A DNA stretch of 63,917 bases from Acidimicrobiia bacterium (GCA_041619515.1 JBFKDW010000006.1:1-63917), one strand, 5' to 3'. Shown: positions 16,601-26,636, counted from the stretch's first letter. Notes: a model not told the origin generated them from the sequence alone. Made by a program: numbers and translations.

Positions 16601-19600
16601 GGACACCTTCGACATGGTGCCGTTCCCGAACTTCGTGTCGGTGCTCGAAGACATCCCGCGTGATCAGTTCAAGGAGATCCTCGAGAACGCTTATTCGGCC
16701 GTGCCGGGTGATGGGCGTTTTGCCCAGGTTTCCGGGTTCAGCGTCGTCTACGACGCCGGCCGGACCGCGCAGGTCCTCAACGACGACGGGACCGTCGCGG
16801 TGGCTGGTGAGCGGATCATCGACGTGATGCTGGACGACGAGACGATGCTCGTGGAAGACGGTGAGGTCGTGGCGGGTGATCCGATCACAATCGCCACCAT
16901 CGACTTCCTCGCCAGAGGCGGCGACCAGTACCCCTACCGGGGCGCGCCGTTCACGAACGTCGGCGTCAGCTACCAGCAGGCGCTCGCCAACTACATCATC
17001 GACGGGCTGGGCGGAGCCATAACCGCCGCCGACTATCCCGAGGGCGGCGAGGGCCGCATCACCGACGTCGGAGGCGAGCCGATCGAGGGGCCGTTCACAG
17101 CCGTCTACGAGATTCAGGGAAGCGGCGATGAGAGCCCGCTGGCCGGCGAGACGGTCGAGGTCGCCGGCACCGTCACAGGAGTCTTCCCAGGCCTGGGCGG
17201 GTTCTTCCTCCAGGACGCCGAAGGCGACGGTGACACGACCACCAGCGACGGGATATTCGTGGCGGCCGGCAACGGCGTGGCCGTCGGCGATCGCGTCGAG
17301 GTGCGCGGGGTCGTCGAGGAGTTCTTCGAAGAGACCCGCCTCGTCGATGTGGACGCCGTCGAAGCGGAGGAAGGCGGAAGCGTGCCTCCTGCGGCAGCCG
17401 TCTCTCTCCCGCTCGGCGAGGGTGCGTCACTCGAGGCCTACGAGGGCATGCTGGTGACGTTCGAGACCCTGTACGTCACCGACACCTTCAACCTGCACCG
17501 CTTCGGAGAGGCAGTGCTCGCCGAGGGCGGAGTGCTCGTCAACCCGACCGACATCGCCGAGCCCGGCGATGCCGCCAACGCGGTGGCGGCAGCCAACGCC
17601 GCCCGCCAGATCGTGATCGACGACGGCTCGAACGCCGAGTTCCCCGACGAGGTCCCGTACTTCGGCGAGGACGGGACGCTCCGCCGGGGTGATGCCGCCA
17701 CCGGGATCACGGCCAACCTGTCGTTCAGCTTCGGGGCGTACAAGCTGCAGCCGACCTCCGAAGTCTCCTTCGAGCGGTTGAACCCCCGGCCGGCGGGACC
17801 CGCCGACGTGGGTGGGAACGTGAAGGTGGCGAGCTTCAACGTGCTCAACTTCTTCTCCACCATCGACGACGGTGACAACGGCGCCCGTGGTGCCGACTCC
17901 GAGGCGGAGAAGGCCGCTCAGCTCGAAAAGCTGGTCGCAGCCATCACCGGCCTCGGGGCCGACGTTGTCGGTTTGCAGGAGATCGAGAACAACGGCCCGG
18001 TCGCCATCGGCGAGCTGGTCGACGCCCTCAACGCCGCCGAAGGCGCCGGCACCTGGGCGGCCGCGGCCGACCCGGAATATCCCGGCGGCCTGGAAGCCAC
18101 CAACGCCATCAAGGTGGGGATCATCTTCAAGCCGGCATCGGTCACGCCCGTCGGCGTCACCGAAGTGTCTGAGGACCCGATCTTCGCCGCCGACCGGCCC
18201 CCGATCGCCCATGCGTTCACAGCCTTCGGCGACACATTCACGGTGATCGTCAACCACTTCAAGTCGAAGAGCCCGAGCAATGCCGAGGGCGCCGACCTGG
18301 ATCAGGGCGACGGCCAGGGCGCTTACAACGCCAGGCGGACGGCCCAGGCGGGAGCGCTCATCGGCTTTGCGCTCGAGCGCATGGCGGCGGTGGGCGACGC
18401 CGATCTGCTGGTGATCGGTGACTTCAACAGCTATGCCATGGAAGACCCGATTACCACGCTGGAGAGCTCCGGCTTCCTCCTCAACATCGTCAAGCGCCAC
18501 CTGGCGCCCGAGGACAGCTACTCGCTGGTCTTCTTTGGAGCCCAGGGCCTGCTCGACGGTGTCTTCGCATCCAGCGCCGCAGAGAGCAAGGTCACCGGCA
18601 TCGACATCTGGCACATCAATGCCGACGAGCCGCGCGTCCTCCAGTACAACGACGACATCGTCGATCCGGCCGAGAGGTCGAGTGACTTCAACCAGCCGGT
18701 GTCGCAGCCGGACGAGTTCTCCTCGTCTGACCACGACCCGCTGCTCGTCGGGCTTGCGCTCGGCGGTGCGCGCCAAGTGGCTTCGGCCCTCAACAACCCG
18801 CGGGGGCTCGGCATGGGTCCCGATGGGACCATCTACGTTGCGGAATCCGGAGTCGGTGGGCTCGAGCCTTGCATCGAAGGCCCGGAAGGCACCGAGTGCC
18901 TGGGCGCCACCGGCGGGGTGTCGGCCATCGACAGCGCCGGGCAGTCTCGCGTCGCCGCCGGGCTGCCCTCCCTGGCCGGTCCCGAAGGCTTTGCCGCCAC
19001 CGGGCCCAGCGATGTTGCCGTCGCCGCCGATGGGACGATCCGGGCGCTGATCGGGCTCGGCAACAGCCCGGCCGTCCGTGACGAGGTGCTGACGCCCGCT
19101 GGTGGCGGCAACCTGGGACAGCTCGTCAACATCGGGGCGGACGGCACTGCCACGGCCGTCCTGGACGTGGCCGGATTCGAAGGATCGGCCAACCCCGACG
19201 GCGGTGAGATCGACAGCAACCCGACTGCCATCATCCACACCGACGACGGGTATCTGATCGTCGACGCCGGCGGCAACTCGCTGCTGAAGTTCGACGGGTC
19301 GACGCTGAGCACAGTGGCCGTGTTCCCCGAACGGTTGGTGCCGGCACCGCCCTTCATCCCGGTGCCCGAGATCCTGATGCAGTCGGTGCCGACGTCGGTA
19401 GCCGTGGGACCCGACGGCGCCTACTACGTGGGCGAGTTGACCGGATTCCCGTTCCCTCCGGGTGGGGCCAATGTGTACCGGGTCGACCCTGCCACGGGTG
19501 ACGTGAGCGTGTTCGCCGACGGCTTCACCAATATCGTGGATGTCGCGTTCGGGCCGGACGGCTCGCTGTACGTGGTCCAGATCTCGTCGAGCAGCATTCT

Positions 19601-22600
19601 GTTCGGTGAGTTCGACGGCGCCATCATCAGAGTGGCGCCCGACATGAGCCGCGAGGTCGTGTTCGACCGCTTGTTTGCACCGTATGGAATTGCCGTCGAC
19701 CAATCGACCGGTGACCTCTACGTGTCGAACTGCAGCGTGTGCCCAGGGCTGGGTGAGGTCCTGCGCATCACGGGCGAAGCGCCGTCGGCACCGATCAGCC
19801 TCGGCTACAGCGCCCGCAACGACCGGTCCTCGCCCCAGGTGCTCGACGGGGCCACCGTCTCGGGCAAGATCTATCCGTTCGTGCTGCCGCTCGATCCCGG
19901 TCTCGGCTTCACGACGGTGGACTTCTACCTGGACGGTCAGAAGGCCCGCACGGAGTATCTGGCGCCGTACGATTTCGCAGGAGGCTCCCTTACGCACGCG
20001 ACGGCGTGGGACACGGCCACCACCAGCGACGGCTCCCATACCATCCGGGCGGTCGGCAACCTGCCGGACGGGGGAACCGTCGAGACCAGCGCCACGTTCA
20101 CCGTGGACAACGGCCCGGCGCCCGCCGACTTCACGATGGAGGTCTCGCGCAGCGAGTTCCGCACGGACGCGGTTCCGCTGGAAGGTGCCGTGCTCAGCGG
20201 CAGGGTGTACCCGTTCGTTTCGCCGTTGTTCCCGGAGGGCTTCGAGACCTTCGGCACGGTGAGCTTCTTCCTCGACGGCGTCCATTTCCACACCGAGTAC
20301 CAGGCGCCCTATGACTTCGTGTCGGGCGGGATCGACAAGGCCAACGAGTCGTGGGATACCACGACGGTGGCCGACGGCCAACACACCATTCGGGTACAGG
20401 CCAACCGGCCCGGAATGGTGCCGTTGGTGACGGAGGTCACCTTCAGCGTCGCCAACAACGTCCCCGAAGTGGAGCCGATACGCTTCGCGACGTTCAACGC
20501 CTCGCTCAACCGCTTCAACGCCGGCGACCTAGTCGCCGATCTTTCGACGCCGGACAACGAGCAAGCCAAGGCGGTCGCCGAGATCATTCAGCGGGTTCGC
20601 CCCGAGGTCCTCCTGCTGAACGAGTTCGACTACGACGCCGACGGTGAGGCGGCGAGGCTGTTCCAGGCGAACTACCTGTCCGTGTCGCAGAACGGTGCCG
20701 AGCCGATCGTCTACGACTATGCGTTCAGCGCACCGTCGAACACCGGGGTGCCGTCGGGGTTCGACCTGAACAACGATGGGGAGGTAGGCGGACCGGATGA
20801 CGCGTTCGGGTTTGGGTTCTTCCCGGGCCAGTTCGGAATGCAGGTGTACAGCCAGTACCCGATCGACCTGGCCAACGTCCGCACGTTTCAGGAGTTCCTG
20901 TGGGCCGACATGCCGGGAGCCCTGATCCCGGTCGATCCGGCCACCGCCGAGCCGTGGTACTCGGAGGAGGAACTGGGAAGCCTTCGCCTGTCCTCCAAAT
21001 CCCACTGGGACGTACCCATCACGGTCGGCGACGGCACCGTCAACTTCCTCGTGAGCCACCCGACCCCGCCGGTGTTCGACGGCCTGGAGGATCGCAACGG
21101 GACCCGCAACTCCGATGAGATCCGGTTCTGGCGTGATTACGTCAACGGCGACTCGTACATGTACGACGACAACGGCGTGGCCGGTGGCTGGTCCGGCGAC
21201 TACTTCGTGATCGCCGGAGACCTGAACTCCGATCCCAACGACGGCGACAGCCTCTTCGGTTCTATCCAGCAGCTGCTGGATTCGGCGCGGGTGAACACCA
21301 CCGTCACACCTTCCAGCGCCGGGGCCGTAGAGCAAGACGGGTTGCAGGGTGGCGCCAACCTGAGCCACACCGGAGACCCGGCCCACGACACGGCCGACTT
21401 CAACGACAATCCGGCGCCGGGCAACCTGCGGGCCGACTATGTGCTCCCGAGCAACAACCTGGCGATCGACGACTCGGGCGTGTTCTGGCCGCAGAGCACC
21501 GATCCGCTGTTCCCCCTCGTGGGCACCTTCCCGTTCCCGAGCTCGGATCACCGCATGGTGTGGGTCGATGTCCTCCCGGGAGATCAGCCGCTCGCCGACC
21601 CGGCCGGGTTCGTTGAAGACGAGTTCTGGCACTTCGACGTGACGGTCGAGAACCTCACGAACGGCCAACCGCTCACACCGGTCCTGGTCGTCGCCCACGA
21701 CCCGGCTATCTCGGCCTGGACGGTGGGCGAGGCAGCGCCCATCGGGGTGCAGGAGCTGGCCGAGAACGGAAACGGAGTGCCGCTGGCCGGTTTCTTCACG
21801 AGCAGGCTGAGCCAGGCCTCCGACGGAACGATCGGGTCGGGGCCGCTGGTGCCGGCCGCCGACCCCGGCGGCTCAGGTTTCTCGTCGAGCGAGACGTTCG
21901 GCATCCACGCCAGGGCAACGGACGTCATCACCCTGGCGTCCATGCTGATCTGCACCAATGACGGCTTCGCCGGGCTCAACGGGGCCGCCCTGCCCGGCGA
22001 CGGCGAGACGGTGGTGTACGAGTTGTTTGCCTACGACGCCGGCACCGAGACCAACACCGAGGACTTCGCCGACATCGTGCCCCCCTGTCAGGGCCTGATC
22101 GGCGTGGGATCGGACGATCCGGGAACCGGCGAGACCAATCCCGACCTGGCCGAGGGAGGCGTCATCGCCGCTCACCCCGGCATTGTCGGCGGGGTCGATC
22201 TCGACCCAGCGGTGCACGGTTGGACGGATCCGGTCGCGCGGGTGACGATCAGCCACGGCGCGGCCGAGCCCTTCGTGATGACGGGAGAGATCGACGGCGC
22301 CCCGTATCGCATCGCCGCTCCGGGCGACCCGGACGACTGGAACGGAGTGCTGCTGCTGTACGCCCACGGATACGTGGATGCCCTCGACCACCCGTCGGAG
22401 GGCACCGATCGCGGAGACCCGGAGTCCGCACCGGGCGGCGAAGCCGCCGAAGCTGCCCTCGTGGCCGAGGGCTTTGCAGTTGCCGGATCGCAGTACAAGA
22501 CGGACGGGTGGGCGGTTGAGGACGGCATCGTCGACACCGAGGCCCTCGCCGCCTTCTTCACCGAGAACCTGGCGGAGCCGGAGGCCACCGTGCTGTGGGG

Positions 22601-24848
22601 ATTCTCCATGGGTTCGGTGGTTGCCGGCTACTTTGCAGAGAACAGCGACTCGGTAGACGGTGTGATCGCCGCCTGTTTCGTCGGCGCGGGAGCCCCCCGA
22701 GCCTTCGACGGCGGCCTGGCGCTCACCATCGCCTACGCGGCGGCCTTCGGGTTCCCGGAAGCATGGGGCACACCGGGCGACGTCCGGGACGACCTCGACT
22801 TCGAGACCGAAGTCCTGCCCGTGCTCAGTTCCCAAGTGTTCGCCGACCCGGCCGACCCGAGCGCCGGGCTCAACCCGGCCAACGTCGGGCTGTTCACATT
22901 CATACAGATGGTGAGTGGGATCCCGGCCGAGGACTTCTTCAGCGAGTGGCTCTTCACCGACATGTATTTCGCCACCGAGGGCCAGGCCGAGGCGGAGCGC
23001 CGCGCCGGGGGACCGATGGCAGGCAACGTCGGCCACGTGTACTCGGTGTCGGCCGAAGAGCGAGCGCTGCTCGCCTCTCTCGGCCTCGATGAGGACGCCG
23101 TCGACGGCCTGCTGGCAACCATGAACTCGATGAAGTTCACGCCGGACCCGGCGGCGCGCACCTACCTGGAGACGAACTACGAATACACGGGCTCGCTGAC
23201 GAAGCCGGTCTTGACCTTGCACACCACGGTCGACGGCCTGGTTCCCGTCGAGCATGAGTCGGCGTATGCCGAAACCGTGAATTCGGCCGGGGCCGGCGGT
23301 CTGCTCGTCCAGACCTACACGGACTCATATCCGCCGGGGCAGTCGTCGGGTCACTGCACGTTCACCCCCGAACAGCTGGCCGCGTCGCTGAACGGCATGC
23401 TGACGTGGCTCGCCACCGGAATACCTCCCGCACCCGAGCTCTTCCCTGAGGCGATCGGCTTCGTGCCCGGCTTCCAGCCCGGCCCGTGGCCGCAGCCACC
23501 GCCGCCGCCGCCGCCGATGCCGTTCCCCGGGATCATTCCGACCCCGGATGGGTTCCAACCCGAAGGGGTGGCAATCGGTGACGGAACCGATTTGTTCGTC
23601 GGCTCGCTCGGCCGCTTGGGAGATGACGGCGTCACCGTCACCGGCGGTGCCATCTACAAGGCGGATCTGGCCACGGGCGACGGAGCGGAGCTGGTTCCAC
23701 CGGAGCCGGGCAAGGTGGCGGTCGGGATGACGGTTGATTCCCGGACGAATTACCTGTGGGTCGCCGGCGGGCCGTTCGGCAATGCGTTCGTGTACGACGC
23801 CGACACCGGCGCCGAGCTCGCCGAGATCAGCCTGGCGGGCGTGGCGCCCTTCGAGACGCTGGTGAACGACGTGGTGGTGACCGGTGATGCCGCCTACTTC
23901 ACAGACTCGTTCAGACCGTATTTCTACCGTGTCGCACTGGACGGGGACGGGACCTTGCCGGATCCGGTGATCGTCGAAGAGATCCCACTCGGTGGCGACT
24001 TCCCGTTTGTCGCAGGGGGAATCAACGCCAACGGGATCGTGGCGGCGAACGGAGCGCTCCTCATCAATCACACTGATGCCGGCCGGCTGTTCCGGGTCGA
24101 CCCGGCCACCGGCACCGCCACCCAGGTGGACCTGGGAGGGGCGGCCATCCCGAACGGTGACGGTCTCGTGCTCGACGGCACCACGCTGTACGTCGTCCAG
24201 AACTTCCTGAATCAGATCGGCGTCGTGGAACTCGACGCCGGATTCGAATCCGGAGTCTTGGTCGGCACGATCACCTCGCCGGACTTCCGCATCCCGACGA
24301 CGGCAGCCCAATTCGACGGGGCTCTCTATGCCGTCAACGCGCGGTTCGATGTGGCACCTCCTCCGTTCCCAGGGTCGCCCCAGGCAGACATCACAACCGA
24401 GTTCGAAGTCGTGCGGGTACAGAAAGCCAGCGTGCAGCCGCTTCCGCCGCCCCCGGAACCGACCGCATCCCTAGAAGCCAGCCTGGATGGAGCATCGGAG
24501 ATACCCGGCCCGGGCGACGACGACGGCACCGGCTCGGCGACGGTCGAGATCAGCGGCACCACCGTCACGTGGTCGATCACGGTCGCCGATATCGCCATGC
24601 CGACCGCCGCTCACATCCACGTCGGTGAAGCGGGTGTGTCCGGAGGGGTGGTGGTGGACCTGCTGGGCGACGGAGCTTTCACCGACAACGGTGACGGCAC
24701 GTTCAGCGCATCCGGCGCGGTAGAAGCCACCCCCGAAGTGGCCGCCGCCATCGCGGCCGGCCCGGCCGGCTACTACGTGAACGTCCACAACGGCGATTTC
24801 CCTCCCGGCGCGGTTCGCGGCCAACTGACGCAGGCGGCCGGGGGCTGA
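13635..24848 (+). CDS. Giant secreted multidomain hydrolase (2x 5'-nucleotidase, ExeM/NucH nuclease, ScyD/E propeller, 2x Ig, EEP, spondin, alpha/beta hydrolase, SMP-30 propeller, CHRD)
   Basis: Single 3737-aa ORF with RBS and signal peptide. Motifs: GDNF/GNHDFD/NGGGIR/GGDQY twice; VASFNVLNFF...NHFKSK...SDHDP; RFATFNASLNR...SDHR; VTVENLT...ICTNDGF; WGFSMG...GHC; FQPEG...NGDGL; YVNVH...GAVRGQL. Confidence 0.9.
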   Translation: MFVSRFPVRTHSIFLTVALLAALLIAPPAAIAADPVPGAEFTLTILHNNDGESQLINAGSGLEDFGGVARFKTLVDGLRADAAASGNGVLMLSSGDNFLAGPEFNASLENGVPFYDTIALEAIGYDAVSLGNHDFDFGPDVLADFLAGYTDAPQYLSANLDFTGEPSLQAFVDSGVIAPSTVVTTAGEDIGIIGAVTPSLRSISSPRNVVIDFDVAGAIQTEIDALTAAGIDKIVVISHLQDIDEDVALAANLSGVDVMIAGGGDELLANPGDPLVPGEEGDVFGPYPIFATGGDGAQIPVVTTPGEYKYVGRLSVGFDADGNVTDVGADSGPKVVDGTLVADPGLQASVVDPVVAAVATLDATVIGTSEVALDGTRASVRSVESNEGNLLADALKWQATELAADFGVGAPDVAIQNGGGIRNNTIIPAGDITLLDTFDIAPFSNFVSVIEDIPRTQFRAILENAVSQVPGGGRFAQIAGFSFVYDPFGIPMVIDDETGVVTQVGNRIVDVVLDDGTVVVDGGKVVAGDPVTIATIDFLARGGDQYPFSGASFTSIGVSYQQALANYIVDGLGGSITAAGYPEGGEGRIATLPAPTDFGLVIHHNNDGESQLINAGSGLEDFGGVARFGRLLDGRRRIASNERFGSILLSSGDNFLAGPEFNASLENGVPFYDTIAMDKLGYDAIAIGNHDFDFGPDVLADFIEGYSETMPPYVSANLDFTGEPRLQALVDAGRIVSSTVISERGVDIGIVGATTPNIDFISSPRNVEVMDDVAGIVQAEVDALTASGVKIIILISHLQDIDEDIALAAMLSEVDVMIAGGGDELLANPGDPLVPGEEGDVFGPYPIVATDADGAEVPVVTTPGEYKYVGELWIGFDPDGKTTLWGGRPIPVKGASDADIYNAAVQPVIDAVATLDATVIGTSEVDLDGTRTSVRSVESNEGNLIADALRWQAGELAAEFGVAVPDVALQNGGGIRNNTVIAAGDITLLDTFDMVPFPNFVSVLEDIPRDQFKEILENAYSAVPGDGRFAQVSGFSVVYDAGRTAQVLNDDGTVAVAGERIIDVMLDDETMLVEDGEVVAGDPITIATIDFLARGGDQYPYRGAPFTNVGVSYQQALANYIIDGLGGAITAADYPEGGEGRITDVGGEPIEGPFTAVYEIQGSGDESPLAGETVEVAGTVTGVFPGLGGFFLQDAEGDGDTTTSDGIFVAAGNGVAVGDRVEVRGVVEEFFEETRLVDVDAVEAEEGGSVPPAAAVSLPLGEGASLEAYEGMLVTFETLYVTDTFNLHRFGEAVLAEGGVLVNPTDIAEPGDAANAVAAANAARQIVIDDGSNAEFPDEVPYFGEDGTLRRGDAATGITANLSFSFGAYKLQPTSEVSFERLNPRPAGPADVGGNVKVASFNVLNFFSTIDDGDNGARGADSEAEKAAQLEKLVAAITGLGADVVGLQEIENNGPVAIGELVDALNAAEGAGTWAAAADPEYPGGLEATNAIKVGIIFKPASVTPVGVTEVSEDPIFAADRPPIAHAFTAFGDTFTVIVNHFKSKSPSNAEGADLDQGDGQGAYNARRTAQAGALIGFALERMAAVGDADLLVIGDFNSYAMEDPITTLESSGFLLNIVKRHLAPEDSYSLVFFGAQGLLDGVFASSAAESKVTGIDIWHINADEPRVLQYNDDIVDPAERSSDFNQPVSQPDEFSSSDHDPLLVGLALGGARQVASALNNPRGLGMGPDGTIYVAESGVGGLEPCIEGPEGTECLGATGGVSAIDSAGQSRVAAGLPSLAGPEGFAATGPSDVAVAADGTIRALIGLGNSPAVRDEVLTPAGGGNLGQLVNIGADGTATAVLDVAGFEGSANPDGGEIDSNPTAIIHTDDGYLIVDAGGNSLLKFDGSTLSTVAVFPERLVPAPPFIPVPEILMQSVPTSVAVGPDGAYYVGELTGFPFPPGGANVYRVDPATGDVSVFADGFTNIVDVAFGPDGSLYVVQISSSSILFGEFDGAIIRVAPDMSREVVFDRLFAPYGIAVDQSTGDLYVSNCSVCPGLGEVLRITGEAPSAPISLGYSARNDRSSPQVLDGATVSGKIYPFVLPLDPGLGFTTVDFYLDGQKARTEYLAPYDFAGGSLTHATAWDTATTSDGSHTIRAVGNLPDGGTVETSATFTVDNGPAPADFTMEVSRSEFRTDAVPLEGAVLSGRVYPFVSPLFPEGFETFGTVSFFLDGVHFHTEYQAPYDFVSGGIDKANESWDTTTVADGQHTIRVQANRPGMVPLVTEVTFSVANNVPEVEPIRFATFNASLNRFNAGDLVADLSTPDNEQAKAVAEIIQRVRPEVLLLNEFDYDADGEAARLFQANYLSVSQNGAEPIVYDYAFSAPSNTGVPSGFDLNNDGEVGGPDDAFGFGFFPGQFGMQVYSQYPIDLANVRTFQEFLWADMPGALIPVDPATAEPWYSEEELGSLRLSSKSHWDVPITVGDGTVNFLVSHPTPPVFDGLEDRNGTRNSDEIRFWRDYVNGDSYMYDDNGVAGGWSGDYFVIAGDLNSDPNDGDSLFGSIQQLLDSARVNTTVTPSSAGAVEQDGLQGGANLSHTGDPAHDTADFNDNPAPGNLRADYVLPSNNLAIDDSGVFWPQSTDPLFPLVGTFPFPSSDHRMVWVDVLPGDQPLADPAGFVEDEFWHFDVTVENLTNGQPLTPVLVVAHDPAISAWTVGEAAPIGVQELAENGNGVPLAGFFTSRLSQASDGTIGSGPLVPAADPGGSGFSSSETFGIHARATDVITLASMLICTNDGFAGLNGAALPGDGETVVYELFAYDAGTETNTEDFADIVPPCQGLIGVGSDDPGTGETNPDLAEGGVIAAHPGIVGGVDLDPAVHGWTDPVARVTISHGAAEPFVMTGEIDGAPYRIAAPGDPDDWNGVLLLYAHGYVDALDHPSEGTDRGDPESAPGGEAAEAALVAEGFAVAGSQYKTDGWAVEDGIVDTEALAAFFTENLAEPEATVLWGFSMGSVVAGYFAENSDSVDGVIAACFVGAGAPRAFDGGLALTIAYAAAFGFPEAWGTPGDVRDDLDFETEVLPVLSSQVFADPADPSAGLNPANVGLFTFIQMVSGIPAEDFFSEWLFTDMYFATEGQAEAERRAGGPMAGNVGHVYSVSAEERALLASLGLDEDAVDGLLATMNSMKFTPDPAARTYLETNYEYTGSLTKPVLTLHTTVDGLVPVEHESAYAETVNSAGAGGLLVQTYTDSYPPGQSSGHCTFTPEQLAASLNGMLTWLATGIPPAPELFPEAIGFVPGFQPGPWPQPPPPPPPMPFPGIIPTPDGFQPEGVAIGDGTDLFVGSLGRLGDDGVTVTGGAIYKADLATGDGAELVPPEPGKVAVGMTVDSRTNYLWVAGGPFGNAFVYDADTGAELAEISLAGVAPFETLVNDVVVTGDAAYFTDSFRPYFYRVALDGDGTLPDPVIVEEIPLGGDFPFVAGGINANGIVAANGALLINHTDAGRLFRVDPATGTATQVDLGGAAIPNGDGLVLDGTTLYVVQNFLNQIGVVELDAGFESGVLVGTITSPDFRIPTTAAQFDGALYAVNARFDVAPPPFPGSPQADITTEFEVVRVQKASVQPLPPPPEPTASLEASLDGASEIPGPGDDDGTGSATVEISGTTVTWSITVADIAMPTAAHIHVGEAGVSGGVVVDLLGDGAFTDNGDGTFSASGAVEATPEVAAAIAAGPAGYYVNVHNGDFPPGAVRGQLTQAAGG

Positions 24849-24881
24849 GCAACGTTGCCGCAACGGCTGCGGCCGCCCCTC

Positions 24882-26147
24882 TCACCCGACCGGCATGGTC
24901 GCATCGGGGCGGGAGGATTTCGGATCGGCATAGAGCCGGCCCAACGACCATCGGAACCCCAGCCAGCGAACGAGACCGAAGCCGAGCATCGAGAGCGGGA
25001 CCGCATAGGACTCGGTGATCACCGAACTGAACGCGATGACGATCTGCACGGCGGCTCCGACGACATAGATCTTGAAGATGTCGACCTCGTGACCGCCTCC
25101 TACGAGCTGTGACTCGTCGGAGAACAACATGCCCCAGATGATGTGGGTGAAGATGGTCGCCGCCGTCAGGAACTCGACGGTGTAGGCCTTCTCTACCAGC
25201 CATGCCATGGGATTGCCCGGCCAGTCGAAGCCGAGCCAGGCCAGGAAGAGCAGCCCGGATCCCACCACCACCGCGTATGCGATGCGCGCCAATCGGAGAC
25301 CCTCGGCCCGATTCCCGTCGCGCCCCGCCACCAGTGAGGGCGGGTTGAGGACTGCCGAGACCCCGGTGACGAACACGAGCAACGGGCGGGCTGCCACTCG
25401 GGCAGCCTCGGCGAAGCCGAGGAATTCGTCACCGGCGACGACGGCGACGATGGCGGCGGCCACGAACGTGGCGCCGACGGGGAGCAGGCCAAAACCGGTG
25501 AGCCACCGCCCCGACGCTGCCAGGCTGCGGAACCCGTAGACCTCACCAGGGGCAGGGCTGGCATTTTGGTGTGCCAACACCAGGCCCGCAGTGATCGAGA
25601 ACGTGTTCGCGAGGGCAAGCGCCCCAAAGGGAACCCAGGCCTCGTCGAAGCCGAGCAGGATCGCTCCGGCAATGAACGCCAGCGCCACGCTCAGCTGGAC
25701 GACCGACGTGACCGCCGCCAGCCATGATCTCCCCGCCTGGTGCATCACACGGCGGACGTGGTCCTGAATGGGTGACAGGATCGCAGTGATCACGGTCGTG
25801 ATTGTGAGCGGTATCACCAGTGACGCCGCTGCGCCCGCCGCCGGGATGAGGGCAAGCAGAACGACGAGGCCGCCCAGCATCGCCACCGGCATGCCGGTAG
25901 GCAGCGTCAGCCGAAACCCGCTCAGCTGCTCGGATTGCGGCAGGTCGAGCAGCCGCACTTCTCCCGGCAAGAGGACCAGCTTGAACGGGACGATGGCGGC
26001 CACGAGGAAGATCGCGAAGAAAAGGGCATAAACGCCCAGTTCGGCGCTGTCGAAGTAGCGGGCGGCGTACACGCCGGTGGCGAACGTAGCCAGGGCGGCC
26101 GACCCGGCATCGACCAGGCCTCCCGGGATGGATGTCGTGAGACGCAT
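24882..26147 (-). CDS. Wzx-like oligosaccharide flippase / polysaccharide export membrane protein
   Basis: About 12 hydrophobic segments; N-terminal LVDAGS..LATF...AARYF...LGVYAL pattern typical of the family. Confidence 0.65.
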   Translation of the reverse strand: MRLTTSIPGGLVDAGSAALATFATGVYAARYFDSAELGVYALFFAIFLVAAIVPFKLVLLPGEVRLLDLPQSEQLSGFRLTLPTGMPVAMLGGLVVLLALIPAAGAAASLVIPLTITTVITAILSPIQDHVRRVMHQAGRSWLAAVTSVVQLSVALAFIAGAILLGFDEAWVPFGALALANTFSITAGLVLAHQNASPAPGEVYGFRSLAASGRWLTGFGLLPVGATFVAAAIVAVVAGDEFLGFAEAARVAARPLLVFVTGVSAVLNPPSLVAGRDGNRAEGLRLARIAYAVVVGSGLLFLAWLGFDWPGNPMAWLVEKAYTVEFLTAATIFTHIIWGMLFSDESQLVGGGHEVDIFKIYVVGAAVQIVIAFSSVITESYAVPLSMLGFGLVRWLGFRWSLGRLYADPKSSRPDATMPVG

Positions 26148-26225
26148 GAACAATTGCTATCGGCTGGGATCCCGGGTGAGAGTAGCGATCTCGACGCCGG
26201 GCACACGCCGGTGGCGGGCCGGTGA

Positions 26226-26636
26226 TCATTCGAGCAGGCGAGCCGGGATGAACTCGGCCCGGCTGGTCGCCTCCACCGACTGTTCACCGAACAGCAGCAC
26301 CCGGAACGTGCCTCGAACCGTCACGGCTACGGTGCGCGGCTCCCACGACGGGTTGGAGTTGCAGCGGCAGCGCACGAGCCTGGATCCGTTGGCCAGCGCG
26401 AACATGGCCGCTTCCTCAGCCGCCGAGCCGGCCGCCCCGAATGGGCGAAACGTCACCGGGGCAGCGGCCAGCGCCGCTGCATCGGCCGCCGCCTGCGCGC
26501 GGGCGTACCCCGCCAGGTACTGGCCGACGCCCACCACCGCCAGGGAGAGCAGGAGGCTCGCAGCCGCAACTGCCACCAGCAGCAGGGTCACCGACCCACG
26601 ATCCCGGGGTTGGGCAGGCACCGCCCGCCGGCTCAT
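26226..26636 (-). CDS. Rv3654c-like TadE/TadG pseudopilin
   Basis: DRGSVT plus hydrophobic helix, AQAAADAAALAAA; ATGA overlap with the upstream gene. Confidence 0.85.
   Translation of the reverse strand: MSRRAVPAQPRDRGSVTLLLVAVAAASLLLSLAVVGVGQYLAGYARAQAAADAAALAAAPVTFRPFGAAGSAAEEAAMFALANGSRLVRCRCNSNPSWEPRTVAVTVRGTFRVLLFGEQSVEATSRAEFIPARLLE

Noticed and set aside
17427..20384. 985-aa minus-strand ORF, and similar long antisense ORFs such as 3355-4893, 7897-9243 and 52672-54363
   Set aside because: High-GC shadow frames opposite genes with clear family motifs.
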